Positions 36,935 through 50,575 of a stretch of DNA of 64,000 nt are shown here, piece by piece. The DNA is from Narcine bancroftii (lineage: Eukaryota). Where the stretch lies: NCBI RefSeq assembly GCF_036971445.1, contig NC_091469.1, positions 29,760,001 to 29,824,000 on the forward strand, in the 5' to 3' direction. The notes under the pieces are model-generated. The model searched no databases. It saw only the letters and a list, made by a program, of their open reading frames with translations, and was not told the DNA's origin. How positions within the stretch are numbered: the first letter of the stretch is position 1; each line of letters opens with the position of its first letter. The position numbers were made by a program, and so were the translations under genes.

Positions 36935-37135
36935 ACACTCAAAAGTGCTGAAGGGATTCAGTAAGTCAGTCAGCATCCATGGAAAACAAATTCTAACACA
37001 AAAATGCTGGAGTAACTCAGTGGGTCAGGCAGCATTCATGGAAGGCTAGTGTAGACAGTCGAAGTATTGCCTTCCATGGATGCTGCCTGACCCACTAAGT
37101 CCCTCCAGCATGTTTTAGCATCTGAAGTCTTTCTT
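36935..37135. mobile_element. Penelope terminal remnants in tandem and inverted arrangement
   Basis: atgctggagtaactcagtgggtcaggcagc... followed by its reverse complement gatgctgcctgacccactaagtccctccagcat. Confidence 0.75.
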
Positions 37136-37194
37136 GTTTACCATAGGAATGTAAGTCTTTATAATAACTACCTTTTATACAGACATGATATGTT

Positions 37195-37648
37195 TCGGAT
37201 ATACAAGATTTTGGTGAGACTGTATCTGGAATATTTTATGCAACTCTGGTTGTTGTAACAAAGTGAGTTTGAGAGGATGCATTCACAAGAATGTAGTTTG
37301 AGAGCCACAGATAAAGTGGATGATCAAATTTTTTTTCTCCAGGATTGAGGAATCTAAAATCAGAGGGTGCAGGTTTAAGGTGAGAGGGGAATGACTTAAC
37401 AGGGACCTGAGGGGCAAGTTTTTCACACAAAGGCGGTGGGCATACAGGATGAATTGCTAGAGGAAATGGTAGAGGTGGTTGAATTACAACATGTTCATAG
37501 ACATTTGGATAGACTCCTGGGGTTTGAGTGATATGGGCAAAATGCAGGCAAATGGGACTAGAGTAGGGAGACATCTTGGTCAGCATGGACAAGTTGGGCT
37601 GAAGGGCCTGTTTCCCTGCTGCATACTATACCTCTATGATTCTATATA
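37195..37648 (+). mobile_element. CR1-type LINE 3' end
   Basis: gaatctaaaatcagagggtgcaggtttaaggtgagagggg...gacaagttgggctgaagggcctgtttcc...ctatgattcta tail. Confidence 0.8.
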
Positions 37649-38544
37649 TGGCAACAGAACAGTCGCATTATGCCTCTCATTTTATGTTGTTATTTGACTT
37701 TAAAGAGTTTAATTTTTAAGCAGATATATTTTAATCAGAACAATTCTCTGCATTTGTTGGAAATTTGAATAATCATTTGTCGCATGGTTGAAACAAAGTG
37801 AGAACAATTGTCAGCATAAAGCTGTAGCCTTAACGCAAACCTTCCGGCTGTAATACTACTGCTCCCTGCATTGGTAACATCTGGCTACTCTTTCTATTAT
37901 GTCCAGCCTTCCTTGGACAGGAAACCAAAGGGCAGCCACAGGAGGCTTTGTTAGCCAACTCTTCATACATGCACCTTACCATTGTTTCTTTGCCAGAGCC
38001 CCAATCAGGTCACCTGATGTCACTATGTAAATAACTAACCTGGCAACAACAGTGTCCCAGCTTTCTCAACAGCCCTGCAGACAGGTGTACAGAGATCCAG
38101 ACAGATTTCAGGATGGAGAAACCAGCACGCCACTAAAAACAACAGATCTTTGCATGGAGGATTAGGGAATTGTGTGTCAGTAGGCAACGGCATTAAGGGT
38201 ATAAGTCTTGCAAAAATACAAGGGTCAAGGGGCTTTGGAACCAAGGCAGGTTTATAGAGTTAAAATGCATATCAGCTGTGATCCCCAAATTCTGGAGCAG
38301 GATTGAATAGTGGGATGGGATTCTTCTGTTCCAATGTTTGTAATGCTTCCCACCTCTCACTGATTTGATTTTTATGTGTTTCATGTTAGGTCAGGAGAAA
38401 AAAATAAGGCAACCATTAGTTAATCAAATTTAATGATTTGAAATTTTGTAAAATATTTTCACTGCATTTTAAATAATTAATTATTAAATTGGGATAAAAT
38501 GATGCATGCACATTTAAGAAATGTTGGAACCAGAAAACAGGGAA

Positions 38545-39687
38545 TTATTGACTTGTTAGCTTGACATTTGCAGTTCCTAACAGACTGAGATCTATAATAA
38601 ATTATTTGAAATCAAGATACTTAGAAGATAGTAATTATGATTTATTGAGCATAATCAATATGGATTTAATAAAATGGAATTCATGCTTGTGTAATCTAGT
38701 GAAATTCTTTAAGGATGTACGTAGTAGCCCTGTTGAAGGTGGATACCGTGTATTTGGATTTTAGCGTTTGCTGAAGAAATTCTGAGCACATGGACTTTGT
38801 GGTAAGCTAGAAGCATGTTTAATAGAGAGGAAACAATGTTTGAATAAATGGATCTTTCTTGGATTGGCAGGCAGTGACAAATGTGGTACCATGGAACAGT
38901 ATTTTGGCCAGAGCTATTCATAATCTATATCAACAGTTTGTAAGAGGGTTTCAGGTGTAACGTTCCTAAGTTTGCAGATGATATACCATGATGAAGTTGA
39001 AATGTGACTAGTGACGAAGATGCAAATGGATATAACAAAATGAACAAATGGGTGATAACATTGCTGTTAGGACACACAATGGAAAAAATGTGGTGCTATC
39101 TACCTCGGTAGTGATAAACATAAATGCTGAGTATTTTTTAAATAACAAAAAATTGGGAAATGCTGATGTTCAAAGGGATCTGGATTTCTTTGTGCACAAG
39201 GCATTTGAGGCTAACATGCAGGTACAGCAATTAATTAGGAAGACAAATGATCTGTTGACATTTATTACAAGAGTAAAAGAACCTTCTACAATTATATCGG
39301 ATCTTACTGAGATCACATCTGTGATATCAATATACAATTTTGGCCTCCTTACTTGAAAAGATTATGTGTACCTGCAATAGAGAAAGTGCAGTGATTGCTC
39401 AACAGATTGGTTCTTGGAATGGCGGGTTTAGCGTCAGAAGATATTGAATAGGTTAGGTTTCTATTCTCTGGAGTCTGGTAGCCTGAGTTAAACATATAAA
39501 ATTCTGGAATTGTCCACAGCATGGATCCAGAGAAGTTGTCTTCCTGGGCAAGGTGTCTAGAAACAGATTCTAGAATAAAGGGAAAGCCACCTGGGAGTGA
39601 GAAGGAGATAAATATCTTCATACAGAAGTGGTGTATTCTGGGAACTCTCTCCCTTGGGGTGGGGAGGGGGTTGGTGTGGAGGTTCAG
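38545..39687 (+). mobile_element. Old CR1 LINE fragment (RT region), continuing at about 40830-40905 after the Rex1 insertion
   Basis: Degenerate YLDF, PKFADD and VQRDL motifs; heavily mutated. Confidence 0.7.
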
Positions 39688-39689
39688 TC

Positions 39690-40830
39690 AATAAAAGATT
39701 TCAGATTTATTGTCAGAGTACATACAACCCTGAAATTCCCTTTTCCTGCAGGAATGGCAGAATTACCACCACTTGGTAGTGCAAAAAATAAACTGTACAC
39801 AGTGTAAACATGCAAACAAAAGAACTGTAAACAAATAATGAATGCAAACAAACTGACTGTGCAATACAGAGAGAACAAAAGAAAATCAATAAAGTGCACA
39901 TTAAGAGTCCATAAATGAGTCTCTGAATTTGTTGTTGAGGAGTCTGATGGTGGAGGGGTAGCAGCTGTTGCTGAACTTAGTGGTGTGAGTCTTGTGGCAT
40001 CTCCTCCTCTTTCCTGATGGCAGCAGCGAAAACAAAGCATGTTCTGGGTGGTGTGGAGTCTTGATGATAGCTGCTACTCTCCGACAGCAGCGTTCCCTAT
40101 AGATGTACTCAATAGTGGGGAGGGTTTTGCCTGTGATGTACTGGGCTGTCTCCACTAATTTTCAGAGGGCTTTATGGTCAAGAGTATTGGTGTCCCCATA
40201 TCAGACCGTGATGCAGCCAGTCAGCATACTTTCCACCACACCTCTATAGAAATTTGCCAGGGTTTCTAGTGTCAGACCAAACCTCCACAAACTCCCGAGG
40301 AAGAAGAGGCGCTGATATGCTTTCTTCTTGATGCCATTAGTGTATTGGGTCCAGGAAAGATCCTCTGAGATAGTGACTCCCATGAACCTAAATTTGCTCA
40401 CCCTCTTCACCTCTGATCTCCCAATGATTACTGGTATACCTCTGACTTTCCTTTCCTGAAGTCAACAATCAGCTCCTTAGTTTTGATGACATTGAGTGCA
40501 AGGTTGTTGTTGGTCTACCATTCATCTAGGTTTTCAATCTCCCTTCTGTACGCTGACTTATCCCCTTACTTTATACAACCCACTACTGTGATATTGTCGG
40601 CAAATTTGTAGATGGTGTTATTGTTGTACCGAGCTACATAGTTGTAGGTGTAAAGTGAGTAGGGCAGGGGCTAAGAACACAGCCCTGTGGTGCTCCGGTA
40701 CTGACGGAGATTGTGAAGGAGAATTTCTTACCAATCTTCACTGATTGTGGTCTGGAGGTGAAGAAATCCATGATCCAATTACAGTGGGGAGTTAACTCCC
40801 AGGACTTGGAGTTTGCTGATCAGTTTCAGA
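39690..40830 (-). mobile_element. Rex1/Babar-type LINE fragment nested in CR1
   Basis: Reverse strand reads [49 protein letters not shown]. Confidence 0.85.
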
Positions 40831-41059
40831 AAAGCATTCAAAGAAGAGATTGATAGATTTCTGGATATTAGAGGAAGCAAAGGGGTGTAGGGATAGGGTA
40901 TAAATGTAATTTTTTGCTCACCTGTTATATTTCACAGAGAAGACTCAAAGAACTCAGTAGCCTTCCCCTGTGCATGCCGCTGATGTTTCACTTCACATTT
41001 GCTAGAAGATGGGGCAGTGGAGAAAACTCTAGACCACATTTAGTGTCCCCAGGAGCCTG

Positions 41060-41200
41060 AGACTCACAGGAGACTGCAGATGGTGGACTCAGAGCAGCAC
41101 ATAATCTGCTGCAGGAACTCAGTGGGTTGAGCAGCATCAGTGGGAGACAAAAGAATGGTCGATGTTTCGGGATGGAACCTTTTATCAGGACGCAAGCTGG
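41060..41200 (-). mobile_element. Penelope-derived short element with a degenerate hammerhead motif
   Basis: Reverse strand gtcctgataaaaggttccatcccgaaacatcgacc...gatgctgctcaacccactgagttcctgcagca. Confidence 0.65.
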
Positions 41201-42629
41201 ACAATTCAATTTTCTTCCCCAGGAACCTCACCACGAACAAGGGCAAGTGCAGCAAACTCTTGAAAATCCACCTCCTGCATCTGCCCCTTCAATTCACATA
41301 TCACCCCAATCTAAGAAGATATCATTATTCTATTGTTTTCCTGGATCCTCCTGCCAAACAGCACTGTGAGAGTGCCTTCACTATACAAACAATATTGGTT
41401 CAAGAAGGTGACCCACCACCCAGTTCCCAAAGGAAATTTTGGGATCGGCAATATATACTGAATTTACCAGTGTAGCCTACCTCAGGCGAATGAATTTTTA
41501 ACAAGTAAATGTTGAATAACACTGAGGCCATACTGTAGAGATTATTAATGCTTTAGGAAGAGCATCAGACAAAATTGAATTGGACATAATTTGATATAAG
41601 TAAAATGCAGGATCTTTAGAATTCACATTCCCTGTGAATCAAACATAAGAAATCTAGTGTTCTATATGACACAGTATTTGGAGAGGCAGCTTTATTTAGG
41701 AAAGAGAATTCAGCTCAACCTATTTTGCTCTGCATTACTGGAGTGTCTTGGTATTTTAGGCATCCCAGAGGTTTCCTATTACTTATCTCAAGTATATTGG
41801 ATTGCCACATTATTCTTGAATTCCATGCTGACTGCTCTTTGGAGATTAAGAGGCCAAGCTGTGATTTCCTTTGAAAGGACAATATGCTCAAATCAACTGG
41901 CAACCATAGTCCAGGTTCTTGAATCAAGGCTCAGCTGCTCCTCATTTTACTGGATTAATCAGTAAATGGCTTATTATTGAATTAAAACTAAATGATTTTA
42001 CATGGGAACATGCGATCCAAAGTGGGCCATTTAGCCTCTTAAATGAATCCATGGCTGATCTGCATCCTAATTATATTGTTGGTTGCTCTGTGCAAATAGG
42101 CTGCACTCCTACAGGTAACTTTAGTGTTTGTAATGGGCTTTGGACTTTTCTGTGCCATATTATATATTCTTACAAAAGAGGAGTTCTCCATTTGGTCCAT
42201 TTCGTCAAAACAGGCTCTGACGGCAACCCATCTCCCATAACCTTCCCTGCAACCTGTTTTCACTCATATGTCTTTTAAGTCCACCTCAATTCACCTACCT
42301 CCTGTCTGCTCGATGGGAAGTTTACAATGACTGGTTACTAGCTCATCTTCTGGATGAGGGAGGAAGCAAGAGTACCTTGAGAAAACTTGGAGTGGGTGGG
42401 TGTTGAAGGGATCTGGGGAGGCTCACAGAGAGAATGAGTAAACTTCCAGAGCACTGGAGGATCCAAAATGATTCTCTGGAGCAGTGATACAGCAGCCTCT
42501 GCACCATTGTGCTATTGTTGCAGTGGTATAGAAAAGAGGAATATAAATGCTGCATAGTTTTTCCAGTCCATTGATTGTGAACAACTAATCATTTTACATG
42601 TGCAATATTGCTGTTGCCTATTGACATGC

Positions 42630-44520
42630 ATTTCAAGTTCATTCAATTTTATTTATTATCCGATTGTATAAGCAGAGCCTGAAGAAACCGTGTCCTTCCT
42701 CCAGTCCTCAGTGCAAAACATGCAAACGTGTAACCAGACATAACAGAGATCAGAGAAGTAATACACATACAGGACAAATTTACATGTATAAAAATAAATT
42801 AATTAATATCACAGTCAGGATTTATTGTCATGTACAAGCCATGAAATTTGGTGTTTTGTGGCAGTGTCATAGAGCAAACGTTCGTATTTTAACCATCTTA
42901 TTCATATGAATAAAAAAATTAAAATAGTAGTGTAGGAAAAGTCTTTGGTTCATTGATTATTCAGGAATCTGATGGCAACTGGGAAGAAACTGTCCTTGAG
43001 CCACTGAGTGCTCGTCTTTAGACTCCTGTACTTTTTCACCGATGGTAGCAGAATGAAAAGGGCATGGCCTGGATGTTGGGGGTCTTTGAGTAGAGAGGCT
43101 GCTTTTTTAAGACACCGCTTCATGTAGATGTCCTTGATGGAGTGAAGTCTGGTCCATGTGAGTTAATGACCTTCTGGAGTTTATTCTTGTTTAATAAATA
43201 GTGGAGTCTCGGATGGTTAGTGTGAGCAGTTCCTTTGGTCGTTCAGCATTCTCACTGCCCATGGGAAGAAGCTGTTTCTCAGCCTGTTGATGCTGGATCT
43301 GATACTCCTGTATCTCTTGCCCAATGGGAGTAACTGCAAGTGGGGCATGGTTGGTATCAAGGGAGGGCATCTGCGGACATTGCCCCCTCCACCAAGTGAG
43401 GTGCTGTGCACCCCGCCATACGGTCGCGGACATCGCTCGCTGTCAGTCCTCCCCCACCTCATTCGGCATTACTAGCATTCTTCAAGCATCACTAGTGGCT
43501 AATGATACTTGACACCATAAAATTGGTGTTCTCAGCACCTACATCAGAGGGATGGAAGATGGTAACAGCACTCCCCCCTGCTGAGTGAGTTTTTGAGTGT
43601 TGCACTGTGCCCCCCTAACATGCAAATGCCCCCAACTAAAATTAGTTCTGGCACCGATGCTAGTGCGGGGTGGTAGGGGTCCTCAATGATTTTGCGTCCC
43701 CTCTTCAGACAACGATCCTGGTAGTTCATGTCATTGGGTGGGATGGAGTCCTCAGTGATCCTCTCTGCCACTCTTATAGATTGATCTCCAATCCATTTCT
43801 CTGCAGCAACCATACCACACTGTGATGCAGCTGCCTAGGACGCTTTTGATAGAGCTCCTTGTCCGTTTCAGTCTTCTCAGGAAGTGGAGTGGCTGTTGTG
43901 TCTTCCTGACAAGTAAGGAGATGTTGTGTGTCTAGGATAGGTCTCTAGTTAAGTGGACTCCGAGGAGCTTGGTGCCCTCTTCTCTCTCCACTCCAGAGTT
44001 ATTGATGTAAAGTGGGGATGGTCGTTCCTACTCCTCCTGAAGATCATGAGTATCTCCTTTGTCTTGTGCTCATTGAGACTCAGGTAGTTATTCTCACACA
44101 ATATCACAACATTTTCCACCTCTTCCATGTAGTGCAACTTATTGTATGCTGATGAAGCCAACTATAGTTGTGCCATCTGCAAACTTGATGACTCTGCTGG
44201 AGCTAGATCTAGCGATGCAGTCATGGGCCAATAGTTTGGACAGCAGCGGGCTGAGCACACAGCCCTGTGGTGCATCAGTGCTCAGTGTGATGGGGCTTAA
44301 TGTTCTGCTACCCATAGACTGGTCTTTCCATTAGGAAGTCCAGAATTCAGTTACAGAGAGGGGTGTTGAGTCACTGCAAGGACAGCTTCTCCACCAGCCT
44401 CTGGGGAATTATCTTACTAAACAGTGAGTTGAAGTTGATGAACAGCAGTCTGGTGTATGAGGATTCATTCTCCAGGTGGGTCAGGATGGAGTGAATGGAC
44501 AAGGCTACAGCATCATATCC
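42630..44520 (-). mobile_element. Composite of nested Rex1/Babar LINE fragments
   Basis: Reverse strand [39 protein letters not shown]; a second 3' end inserted at about 42810-43190; an unrelated GC-rich insert at about 43335-43662. Confidence 0.75.
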
Positions 44521-44837
44521 CAAATTACTTATTACTTGTATTTGATAAACAAATATTTTTAAATTAGCTATTGGCTAAGCATGAATTGACATTCAAAGGG
44601 GTTTCCACCATCTCCCGTGTGTATAATTGTCTCCTAACTTCATTCCTGGTTCTAATGTTGAGACCATTCCCCCTTGCCCTAGATTCACCAATCAGCAGAA
44701 GTTAATCTCCTCAACCATTCTAAGAGGTTCACATAAAATCTTGGAAACTCCAATCATCCTTTAACCATTTGAATTCCATGGATACAATTCTAATTAATGT
44801 AATCACTACATGTCATTAAGCCCCTGGAGTCCAGTGA

Positions 44838-45820
44838 TGCATAGAACATAGAACACAGAAGATACAACACAGGATCAGGCCCTTTGGCCCATAATGTCAG
44901 CCCTGAATGTGATACCAAACTAAACCAAATCTCTTCCTCCAATACATGATTCATAGTCCTGCATTCTTTGAATATTCATGTCCATATCTAAAAGCCTCTC
45001 CAATGTTACTATTTTATCTGCTTCCACCAGTATGTTGGTAGACTTTTCTAGGCACCCATCACTCTCTATTGAAAAATAATTGCCAGTGGCCAAGAAATGT
45101 ATAGCGTCTACTTGGAAAGATAGAAATATACTAACTTTGGATAGGTGGTATTTAGAGATGAAGTCTTGTTTAATTGTGGAAAGGATATCTTTTTCAATTC
45201 AAGATAAGATGTCTTTTTATAAGTTGAAGTGGACTCCATTTGTTAAGTATATGCAATTAAGTTTGTTTTAAGTATGTTCCTAGATGTGATATTTTAGACC
45301 TGATAAATCTTTTTTTTAAATTTTTTTTATTTGTCATATTTTTCTTTTTCTTTGTGTTTTTTTTAATATATAATATTATTAATTTTACTAATTCTTCACT
45401 CTTTATTTTGGGGTAGGGGAAGGGTGGGCTTTTTTTTATATATATAGATTTTTTTAGTTCTTGTATATGTAGGTTATTAATGTTGTATTGTAATTATTTT
45501 ATTTTATATCTTTTCTTTAAATGTAATTTTTCTTTTTATTCCTGTGATAAAATCTTAAAATAAAGTTTAAAAAAAAAAGAAAAATAATTGCCTCCTTTAA
45601 ACAACTCCCTTCATCCAAACCTGTGTGCTCTGGTAGGTGATATTTTTCACCCTCGGATAAAGAACCTGCCAGCACCCTGGTAAATCTCTTCCATGCCCTT
45701 TCCAAAACCTCCACATCCTTTTAGTAAAATGACGATCATGATTGCATATGATACTCCAACTATGGCCTGACCAAAGTTTTATAGAGCTGCAACAGGACTT
45801 TCCTGTTTTTATACTCAATT
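44838..45820 (-). mobile_element. CR1-type LINE 3' fragment containing a nested L1 piece
   Basis: (catagaa)n tail and caggccctttggcccataatgtc; reverse-strand MEVLERAWKRFTRVL. Confidence 0.75.
45085..45578 (+). mobile_element. 5'-truncated L1 of an older, different subfamily
   Basis: VAKKCIASTWK...RWYLEMKSCLIVERISF is homologous to the ORF2 C-terminus; AATAAA and polyA; perfect 14-bp TSD gaaaaataattgcc at 45071-45084 and 45579-45592. Confidence 0.88.
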
Positions 45821-47654
45821 TGTGGTAAATCAAAGCTGTACTCCCTCCAGGAGTGACACATCTTTCCAGAGTTGTCGTGCCTAAACCTCTTCAAGTGATC
45901 AGCAGTTGACCTTGATTGTTTCACACAGTTCGTAGGAGAGATCGGAGATTTGAGGGGGGAAGCTTTTCACACAAAAGGACAAACTGCCAGAGAAAGTGGC
46001 AGAGATGGGAAAAATACAGGTGCTGTACATGGAGAGTAAGGAATGTGGGAAAATGGGATTAGCGTAGAAAGGTATCATGGATGATTCAGGCCAAAGGGCC
46101 TGCATTTGAGCTGTAAAACTCCAGTATGTGAATTCCATTGGAAGAGCGTATGCTACATCAGAAATGAAATAGTTTCTGGAAATAACAAAATGGCATGGTG
46201 CCTTGAAGTAGAAATATGCAGTAACATTAGGTCAATAAAAAACATTCATTTTATCGTGAATATATTGGATCCCTGAAAAAATCTCAACCATTTGTCTTGA
46301 TCCCATACTCTTCCCTTAGACATAATTTTTCAAAACATTTCCTTTTAATTTATCCAATTGTTTTTTTTTTGGAATTCACCATTGAATCTGTTTCCAGCAC
46401 TCTTAAACCATCAAATTCCAGTCCACTGCAACTCAGGAAGTAAAAGAATTTCTCTTCATCTTTGTATCCAACTCTGGAATATTTGCCATTTTTATGTGTT
46501 TTTGTTTGTTTTGATTACTGACCCTCCTGCCAAAAAAAACAGTTTCCCTCTATTTACCCAATCACAACTTTTCATAACTTTCACTGACTCTGCTATATCT
46601 TCCCTCAGACTTTTCAGCATGAAGGCTTTAATCAGAAAAGGTTTTAAAATTCACACTAGTGAGCGAGGAAGAAATGCCTTCAATTTTACTTGGCAATATA
46701 ATGGAAAACAAGCTCTTTAAAAACCATCTATGGTTTTCTTACAAGGAAAACAAATCTTAAATCCTCTATCCAATGTTTAAAAGTTTACTTAATTTAGGCA
46801 TCTCCCAAAAAACAATATTTGACTTGGTTTTAAGCTTTTATAGAAAGGGGAACAGTTAATAGGCTGGAGAGAGTATACAGTATTTACGATAATAGTTCCT
46901 TTTATAACCTCAGTGCCTTATGCTCTATGAAGTAGTTAGAGCGTAGCCTATTTCTGCCCAGCAACCTTTCCCTAGCAACAGTTTTGAAATACCCTCTTTA
47001 TTTAAGTGTTGTTGATTGAGGGGTAGATATTGTCCAGATATTGTTCCCAAGTCTTTTTCATGAGAGAATACACCAGACCACTTTGAAGGGTCCTCCAACC
47101 GTGCAACATTTCTCTTTAGTGCCAACAGCCTAGATCTTGTTCTCTGTTCTCTAAGGAGCAATTGGATTTCACAATCTTCTGACTTGGGCCAAGGATGCTA
47201 CCAATGGAGGCATGGTATTGAATGCAGGACCAATGCACAGGATTAAGTGGAGGTCATATTATTGAAAGGTGGAAAGTTGAATGATGAAAGAGTGAAGATG
47301 GAGAGAGATTTACTCTGAAGCAGTTGAGGTAAATTTGAAAAATAGCTTGCCCTGGAACTTAATTCCAGCATTCATTTGGAATTTCTTCAATTGCAAGAAA
47401 GGCTTCCTCAGACTACTGACATGATGTCGATGATTAATATGGAATTCTTTCAGTGCTCCTGATCATGGGAGAAGGTCTCCACATACCCAAGCAATTCTGT
47501 ACCATTGTAGTTCCTGGTAACCCACAACTATAGTCACCTGGGTTGGACTGAGCTTCTGCATGCCATAGCAAATCATATTTGCTTCACTTTGCGGGTGCAG
47601 AGGTATGAGATATAAAGATTTCGAATGAGTATATTAAGGCAGGAAATGACTTAC

Positions 47655-47740
47655 CACCGTGGCCTGTTGTGTTCCAGCGATGTTGAATTCATTTGATTGA
47701 ACCAGGTCTTTGGATTGGTAGGTATCACTTATGTTTGTCC
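47655..47740 (-). other. Candidate 86-bp internal exon of an unidentified transcript
   Basis: Acceptor ttgttgctttttcag|G and donor GTG|gtaagt; one open frame (TNISDTYQSKDLVQSNEFNIAGTQQATV); non-repetitive context. Confidence 0.5.
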
Positions 47741-48893
47741 CTGAAAAAGCAACAATTAAAGCTTTCAATGAAAAGACATTTTTAACAGATGGCACAAGTC
47801 AGGGCATTCCTCTATTGTCGTGGAGATTGATCATTTATCTTCTCCCATCTGTACCCTTCTTCTTGGATTTGAGAAGGCAAATGTAAACATTTTTCTCAGT
47901 CCTGCATTGTTCTTGGGGATTAAAAAACAGACAGATTCCTTTTTGTTGTAGAGACAATAGAAGAGACTCAGTGGAGAGAACATTATCAGATGTGACCGTC
48001 TTTCTGATTTTGTGACAGCTGAAACTGCAACACTATCATGTTACAGTTGGCTTGGATACATTTCCAAGACATAATCTCTACCGCCATGAAGAAGAAAGGC
48101 AGCAGCTGTATGGAAACACCTCCAGCTGTAGGTACCCCACCAAATTCTGACGTGGAACCATAATGCTATCCTTTTGTTATCACTGGATCTAAATTCTGGG
48201 ACTCCCTACCCAAAAGCAATGTGGGAGCACCTTCACAAGAAGGACTTCATTTCAAGAAAAGATCCATTACACCCTTCTCCAGTGCAATAACTGTGGTCTT
48301 GTCGATCACGCCCAGATCTCACAAATAAAAATGGAATAAAATGGCCATGAGGTATTTTCGAGCCTTTTGGGCAGGTGCTGGAAAATCCCACAGTAATCCG
48401 GTCCTGTTTCCACCTGAGTTCCCCAATGGATGGCAGCAGTTATCACACCATCATTCAAATTTTGTATCCCAAAATACCTTTTCCTAAAGGATATATAGAA
48501 TCAAAATGCCAGGTAATTCCCTCCTCCCTAAAATAGATGCACAAAGGTTCTAATGTCAGTCCTACTAAGGAAAGCAAAAACAGTGCAGTTTTTGAGTCTA
48601 ATGTACTCCTGCAGTATATACCTGCCACTGATCCAATAAACTATTGGGGCTATCGAGCAAGTGCTGACATAAATGTAGCATACGGTGCATCTGATATTTA
48701 CAACGGTGTGATTATAGCTGTGGTTCAGTGGAACTACTTTTGTCTGTCAGCAGGTTACAGACCCAGTTCAGGCACTGAAACACCTTGACTTCAAGCTAAA
48801 AGACTGCAGTGGGTTTTCAGCATTCTTCAAAGCATTGTTCTTGGATGAAATATTAAATTGAAACTCTATCTGTCAGATATTTGTAAAATATTC

Positions 48894-49423
48894 AGGGGGA
48901 ATTTCATGCAGTCAAAAACCCCCGAGTGTAAAAGCAGAGATTCTCCGCTTTTACGTCGGAAGACTTACCTTCATGAATGCACCATGGCTGGCTCCAAGGC
49001 GCTGACTGCCATCCCTCCCGGGGGAAGGGTCAGCGACAGAGAGCTGCAAGCAGCTGGCTAGGGAGAGGCTGATGATTTGCGGTTATGTCGTCAGGTTGAG
49101 ATTCAGGAGCAGGATTTTTAATGGCATTAATGGCCACAATGAAGGTGCGCAGATTGGCCGCAGACATCGCAATCATCTGTCTTACCTGATCTGGGGCCAC
49201 CGTGATCCACTCTTTCCGCGTCAACGTGTATGAATGATGTCAACTCGGCGGGCAGTGTTACAGAACCAGTTGCCCCGCCTCTATCAGCTCCGGAGGGCAC
49301 TACGAGGCACCTCTCAACATGAATGCAGCGCAGAAGCAGCCTTTTAGGACTTCTCCATGAAAGGTAAGTGTATATATTTTTTCCTCTGCAGCCTCCATGT
49401 GGAGGTTTGGCATGAAAGGGCCT
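48894..49423. mobile_element. Putative Harbinger-like MITE inserted in an old SINE
   Basis: Ends agggggaatttcatgc ... gcatgaaagggcct; CpG-rich interior; flanks resemble two halves of a Deu-type SINE. Confidence 0.5.
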
Positions 49424-50322
49424 AATGTGAGGGAACTCACCATTTCCTGAGTCAAGTATTTACCCCTTACCCAATGTTACTAAATCGGTTTATCATTCAG
49501 AAACAAGAGACGATAGATGCTGGAATCAGGGAGCATTTGCTGAGATCCTGCAGCTGGTTGTTTGTTTGCTGATTATAATTTTTTTTAGGTTATTGCAATG
49601 TACAAATTCTCAGTGTGGCTTGCACAATGACATACTGTGGTCACTTAAGACTATAGAAGATTCATTTTGTTTTGTTCTTCCTCATTTCTGTTTCCCCCCC
49701 CCCCCCCCCCACTAGCTCTCTTTGTCATGCTACAATCTGCTATGCTACTGTGATGGGTTGCTGTTCATTGACGATTTTCACAGTCTGTCGCTATTTCCTC
49801 TCAGGATGCGTGTCTGAGCTTCAACTTCATTGAGTGAATGTGTAGAATGTGTGAAAACCCATAAATGGAATCTTTTCCAAGAATCAGATCTGAAAAAGAG
49901 GGTTGAATCTGATAGCCAAATGTGCAAACTGGTGCAGCACAAGTTGCTGGCTTTCCTTGGACAGCAGAGATTGAATGAAAGGGAAGGTAACTCAAGACCT
50001 CACTACCCACATTAACCTCATCTACAACCAAAAACTCCCATTGAGGTAAAGAATGGAACGCCTGCTCTTATTAATCCCTCTCAGGATGTGGCATTCAACG
50101 CCTATTTTCCACCCTCATTACCGAACAGAGAGATGGGAGCTGGTTCTCGTGCCATCTGTTAACTGAACGACAGCCTCTCTCAAGATGAACAGTGTGCAAT
50201 GAACTGAACAGAGGCCACTTTTACTCTGGAGCTGTTTAATAGCTGCCCTGGGACCTTTGTACTAATATCGATTATGTTAGAACATTGATAGAAGCAAGTT
50301 GCCAACCAGACTCAAACTAAAT

Positions 50323-50575
50323 GCAGCACGGTTGGTGTGGCAGTTAGGGCAACACCTTCACAGCACCCACAATCAGGACCGGACCTGGGTTCGAAACTCA
50401 CGCTGTCTGTAAGGAGTTTGTATGTTCTCCCTGTGTCTGCGTGGGTTTTCTCTGGGGGCTTTGGTTTACTCCCACCATTCAAAACGTATCAGGGGTATAT
50501 GTTAATGGAGTGTAAATTGGACGGCACGGACTTGTGGACTGAAATGGCCTGTTACTTTGCTGTGTCTAAATTTAA
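50323..50575 (+). mobile_element. tRNA-derived V-SINE/HE1-like SINE
   Basis: gcagcacggttggtgtggcagttagg (A-box-like), ctgggttcgaaact (B-box), V-domain gttctccctgtgtctgcgtgggttttctc. Confidence 0.8.

Noticed and set aside
48537-48788. Protein-looking 83-aa ORF (PINYWGYRASADINVAYG...) and an open antisense frame
   Set aside because: No recognised homology, weak splice signals, and a phase incompatible with the 47655-47740 exon.
49805-49986. Plus-strand exon candidate (ctctcag|GATG...GAAG|gtaact)
   Set aside because: Stops early in all frames from the acceptor; an isolated signal pair is expected by chance in 64 kb.
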